A DNA stretch of 64,000 bases from an uncultured Gemmatimonadales bacterium (GTDB lineage: Bacteria > Gemmatimonadota > Gemmatimonadetes > Gemmatimonadales > GWC2-71-9), in contig CAWHFW010000002.1 of NCBI GenBank assembly GCA_963828735.1, positions 832,001-896,000 of the forward strand, read 5' to 3'. The notes below the pieces were generated by a model, which saw only the letters and a list, made by a program, of their open reading frames with translations, had not been told where the DNA came from and made no database searches. Positions 60,821 to 64,000 of this stretch are shown piece after piece. Within the stretch, counting starts at the first letter, position 1. Every line of letters begins with the position of its first letter. A program made the translations under genes and the position numbers.

Positions 60821-62116
60821 ATGCATCGGAGCGTATGGCACTCGATCGCCGCCGCCGTTGCCCTCGTGGGCGTGGCGGGGATCGTGACCGCCTCGGGCGG
60901 CGGACGGGCACCCGACGTCGCCACACCATCGCCGGCGCGGATCCGGGATCTCGACATCGCGTTCTATCAGGCGCGGACGATCCGCGATCCGCGGAGCGCC
61001 CGTGACTTCACCCAGCTCGCCGCCCTCTATCTCCAGCGGGCCCGCGAGACCGCCGACAACGGCGACCTGGTTCGGGCGGAAGAGACCGCGCGTCACTCGC
61101 TCGCACTCCGGCGGGGTCGGAACGACGAGGCCGTGGGCGTGCTGGCCTCGAGCCTCATGGGACAGCATCGGTTCGGCGAGGCTCACGACGCCTCGCTCGA
61201 GCTGCTTCGGAGCGACTCGACGTCCATCGCGGCGCGCGGGATGGTGGCCGAGGCCGCGATGGAGCTCGGCAGGTACGACGAGGCCGGCCGGCTGTTCGGC
61301 ATGCTCGCGACCTATCAGGCGGACCTGGGCACGGCGCCCAGGCTCGCGCGCTGGGCCGAGCTCCGGGGCCATCCGGACGAGGGACGCCGGTTGCTCCGCC
61401 AGGCGCTCGCGGACGCGACGCGCCGCCATGGGATGCCGCGTGAGCAGGTCGCCTGGTTTCACCTGCGCCTGGGCGACCTCGCCCTTCGAAGCGGTCACCT
61501 CGGCGAAGCCCGGCACGAGCTCGCCTCCGGGCTCGCAATCCTCCCGGTCGACTACCGGCTGCTGGGCACGCTCGCGCGGCTCCACGCCGTGCGGCACGAG
61601 TGGCGGGACGCCACCGAGACCGGTGAGCTGGCCGTCTCTCGCGCCCTCGACCCCGCGACCCTCGGCCTGCTGAGCGATGCGTGGGCGGCGCAGGGAGACT
61701 CGGCCAAGGCGGCGGAATACGATCGCGCCATGGCGCTCAGCGTCCTGCGCCAGCCCGGAGCCTATCACCGGGCATGGAGCCTGTACCTGCTCGACCACGG
61801 TCGCGAGGTCCCGACGGTGCTGGCGAACGTGCGGCACGAGCTGGAGACGCGCCACGACATCTACGGCTACGATCTGCTCGCCTGGGCCCTGCACCGCTCC
61901 GGACGCGACGCCGAGGCGCGCGGGCCGATGTCGCGCGCCCTCGCGCTCGGCACGCGGGACGCCATGCTGTACTTCCACGCGGGAATGATCGATCGCGCAA
62001 CGGGCGACACCGCCTCCGCCCGCATCCGGCTCCAGCGTGCCCTCGCGATCAATCCCTGGTGGCATCCGACGCAGCCCGACGAGGCCCGCGCCGTTCTGGA
62101 CTCTCTCTCCCGATAG
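60821..62116 (+). CDS. Exported tetratricopeptide repeat protein
   Basis: N-terminal hydrophobic signal; repeated helical units (ELGRYDEA, LAWALHRSGRDAEA, ALAINP). Confidence 0.85.
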   Translation: MHRSVWHSIAAAVALVGVAGIVTASGGGRAPDVATPSPARIRDLDIAFYQARTIRDPRSARDFTQLAALYLQRARETADNGDLVRAEETARHSLALRRGRNDEAVGVLASSLMGQHRFGEAHDASLELLRSDSTSIAARGMVAEAAMELGRYDEAGRLFGMLATYQADLGTAPRLARWAELRGHPDEGRRLLRQALADATRRHGMPREQVAWFHLRLGDLALRSGHLGEARHELASGLAILPVDYRLLGTLARLHAVRHEWRDATETGELAVSRALDPATLGLLSDAWAAQGDSAKAAEYDRAMALSVLRQPGAYHRAWSLYLLDHGREVPTVLANVRHELETRHDIYGYDLLAWALHRSGRDAEARGPMSRALALGTRDAMLYFHAGMIDRATGDTASARIRLQRALAINPWWHPTQPDEARAVLDSLSR

Positions 62117-62124
62117 GCCCGATC

Positions 62125-62730
62125 ATGTCCGAGCTGCTCGCCTTCGTGACGCTGGGCTTCCACCATATCACGGATCTGGAAGCGCTGGACCACATCCTGT
62201 TCCTGCTCGCGCTCGCGGCGATCTATCGTGGCCGCGATTGGCGGGATTCGCTGTGGGTGATCACCGCCTTCACGGTCGGCCACTCGGTCACGCTGGCACT
62301 CGCGGTCACCGGCGCCCTCCGCCTGCCGACCGCGTTGATCGAGTTCCTCATCCCAGTGACGATCGTCGTGACCGGGCTCGAGAACATTCTGGTCCGGCGG
62401 CGCGAGCGTGCGCCACTTCGCGGCCGATATCGCCCCATCTTCGCGGGCGTGTTCGGATTGGTGCACGGCGCGGGCTTCGCGAACTATCTCTCGAGCCTCT
62501 TCACCGGCTCGATCGCGCTGCCGCTGTTCGGGTTCAACGTGGGGATCGAGCTGGGACAGCTCGTGGTGCTCGGACTGGCCGGGCTCGGACTGGCCGCGCT
62601 GGACCGCGCCCTGGCCCTCCTGCGCTCGTCCGTGGCGATCCCCCCGGTCTTCCGCCTGCGGGTGGTCGCGGTGAGCGCTGTCGTCGTCCTGGTGGCGGCC
62701 CGCATGGCGGCCAGCCGGCTCCCCTGGTAG
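62125..62730 (+). CDS. HupE/UreJ family membrane protein
   Basis: GFHHI, LDHILF, FTVGHSVT, FGLVHGAGFA, FNVGIELGQ; start re-called to ATG 62125. Confidence 0.85.
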   Translation: MSELLAFVTLGFHHITDLEALDHILFLLALAAIYRGRDWRDSLWVITAFTVGHSVTLALAVTGALRLPTALIEFLIPVTIVVTGLENILVRRRERAPLRGRYRPIFAGVFGLVHGAGFANYLSSLFTGSIALPLFGFNVGIELGQLVVLGLAGLGLAALDRALALLRSSVAIPPVFRLRVVAVSAVVVLVAARMAASRLPW

Positions 62731-62731
62731 C

Positions 62732-63190
62732 ATGGCCACCCGATTCGCCGTGCTCGTCCTGGCCCTCGCCGGCCTCCGCGGGCACCCGATGCACTCCGCC
62801 GTGGCCGAGATCGAGCAACAGGATGCGGGCGGCACGATCGAGGTAAGGGTCAAGGTCTTTGCCGATGACTTGGAAGCGGCGGTCCCGCTCTCCCCCGATC
62901 CCGTGGCGGCGGATTCGGCGAGAGCGCGCTACCTGCGTGGCACGTTCGCGCTGGTGGACCGCACCGGACGCCCGGTCCGCCTGGCGTGGGTGGGCAGTGA
63001 ACCGTCGGGCGACGTGGTGATGCTTCGACTCCGCGGCGAGGTGAGAGGCGGCCTGGCGGGCGCACGCGTGACGAGCCTCGTGCTGTGCGAGCGCTTCGAG
63101 GACGAGGTCAATGTGGTTCGCGCCGCCTACGGAGGGCGCACCGAGACCCTGCTCTTCACCCGGGGAGAGTCGTCCAAGGCGCTGCCGTGA
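62732..63190 (+). CDS. Exported DUF6702-like protein
   Basis: Signal then HPMHSAVAEI, VFADDLEAA, EDEVNVV. Confidence 0.65.
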   Translation: MATRFAVLVLALAGLRGHPMHSAVAEIEQQDAGGTIEVRVKVFADDLEAAVPLSPDPVAADSARARYLRGTFALVDRTGRPVRLAWVGSEPSGDVVMLRLRGEVRGGLAGARVTSLVLCERFEDEVNVVRAAYGGRTETLLFTRGESSKALP

Positions 63191-63285
63191 GCCGGCCTGC
63201 TTGTGGAGCTTCCACGCTGGCGTGTAGACTCACTGACGTTCCGACCGTCGCTCACGCCATCGGGAGCCTCCCCGAGCCATGGTCC

Positions 63286-63891
63286 ATGCCTGACGCTGCC
63301 CCGCACTCGCCGTCCACGGCCGACGGCGAGCTCGTCGCGCGCGCCGCGCAAGGAGAGGAACGCGCGATCGGGCAGCTGTACGATCGGTACGGCACGGTGC
63401 TCTACGCGACCGCGTACCGGATCGTCGGACAGCGCGCGGACGCGGAAGAGGTCGTGCTCGAGGCCTTCGCGCAGGCCTGGCGGGACGCTCCGCGCTTCGA
63501 GGCCGGCCGCGGCTCGGTGGCCGGCTGGCTCACGATGATCGCCCGGAGCCGGGCCCTCGATCTGGTACGGGCCCGGAGTCGTCGCGACCGGATCACGGCC
63601 ACGGCCGCCGCGGATCGGCCGGACGCGTCGCCCGCGATGGGCGAGTTCCGGCCGGATCCCGGCGGCGCGCTCGATCACGACGAGCGCCGGCGACAGGTGC
63701 AACAGGCACTGGAAACCTTGAGCCCGCCCCAGCGTCAGGCCATCGAGCTGGCCTATTTCGAGGGGTTGTCGCAGTCGGAGATCGCCGAGCGACTGCACGA
63801 GCCGCTGGGCACGGTGAAGACGCGCGTGCGGCTGGGCATGCAGAAGCTCCGGGAATGCCTGCGTCCCTTCTACTTCGAGCGTGGCACATGA
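63286..63891 (+). CDS. ECF RNA polymerase sigma factor (SigK-like)
   Basis: LYDRY, DAEEVVLEAF, WLTMIARSRALD, LAYFEGLSQSEIA, PLGTVKTRVR. Confidence 0.9.
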   Translation: MPDAAPHSPSTADGELVARAAQGEERAIGQLYDRYGTVLYATAYRIVGQRADAEEVVLEAFAQAWRDAPRFEAGRGSVAGWLTMIARSRALDLVRARSRRDRITATAAADRPDASPAMGEFRPDPGGALDHDERRRQVQQALETLSPPQRQAIELAYFEGLSQSEIAERLHEPLGTVKTRVRLGMQKLRECLRPFYFERGT

Positions 63892-64000
63892 CGGGCCCGG
63901 CTCAGGAATCGCCGCAGGATCTCGCCGCCGCCTACGCGCTCGGCGCGTTGTCGAGCGACGAGGCCCGCCGCTTCGAGGCGTTTCTCGCCACCTCGCCGGA
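63888..64000 (+). CDS. Anti-sigma factor (RskA-like), partial, runs off the window
   Basis: ATGA coupling; MTGPAQESPQDLAAAYALGALSSDEARRFEAFL. Confidence 0.75.
   Translation, partial: MTGPAQESPQDLAAAYALGALSSDEARRFEAFLATSP

Overview
High-GC (roughly 70% by eye), gene-dense bacterial chromosome window. Gene content (many ADOP-type permeases, TonB receptor, many lipoproteins) suggests Gemmatimonadota or a relative; this is an inference. I saw no rRNA, tRNA, CRISPR array, prophage or IS element. Main blocks: (1) 1467-26390, minus strand: a translationally coupled ~25 kb run of one periplasmic adaptor, three MacB/LolD-type ATPases and seven ~800-aa duplicated MacB/FtsX (ADOP-like) permeases (one frameshifted), followed by a sigma54 two-component pair and a persulfide dioxygenase-rhodanese fusion. 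(2) A divergent beta-propeller lipoprotein plus TonB-dependent receptor. (3) A stress cluster: two Tat-type ferritin-like proteins (one with a filamin-type Ig insert), a TrxB-like oxidoreductase, two SRPBCC proteins, a half-size TauE, YbhB and Cu/Zn SOD. (4) The ligase-associated DNA repair operon (exonuclease, frameshifted ATP-dependent ligase, Lhr-core helicase, PdeM) with an extra MBL gene inside. (5) Assorted housekeeping and envelope genes. (6) 59324-64000: an ECF sigma/anti-sigma-linked exported module (split DUF4331 pair, TPR, HupE/UreJ, DUF6702) with N-terminal His motifs suggesting Ni/Cu handling. Block 6 is the best candidate for an uncharacterised system, followed by the non-orphan ADOP array. 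Two single-base frameshifts suggest possible assembly indels, so frame-dependent claims need read-level checks. All family calls come from motif recognition; no database searches were run.
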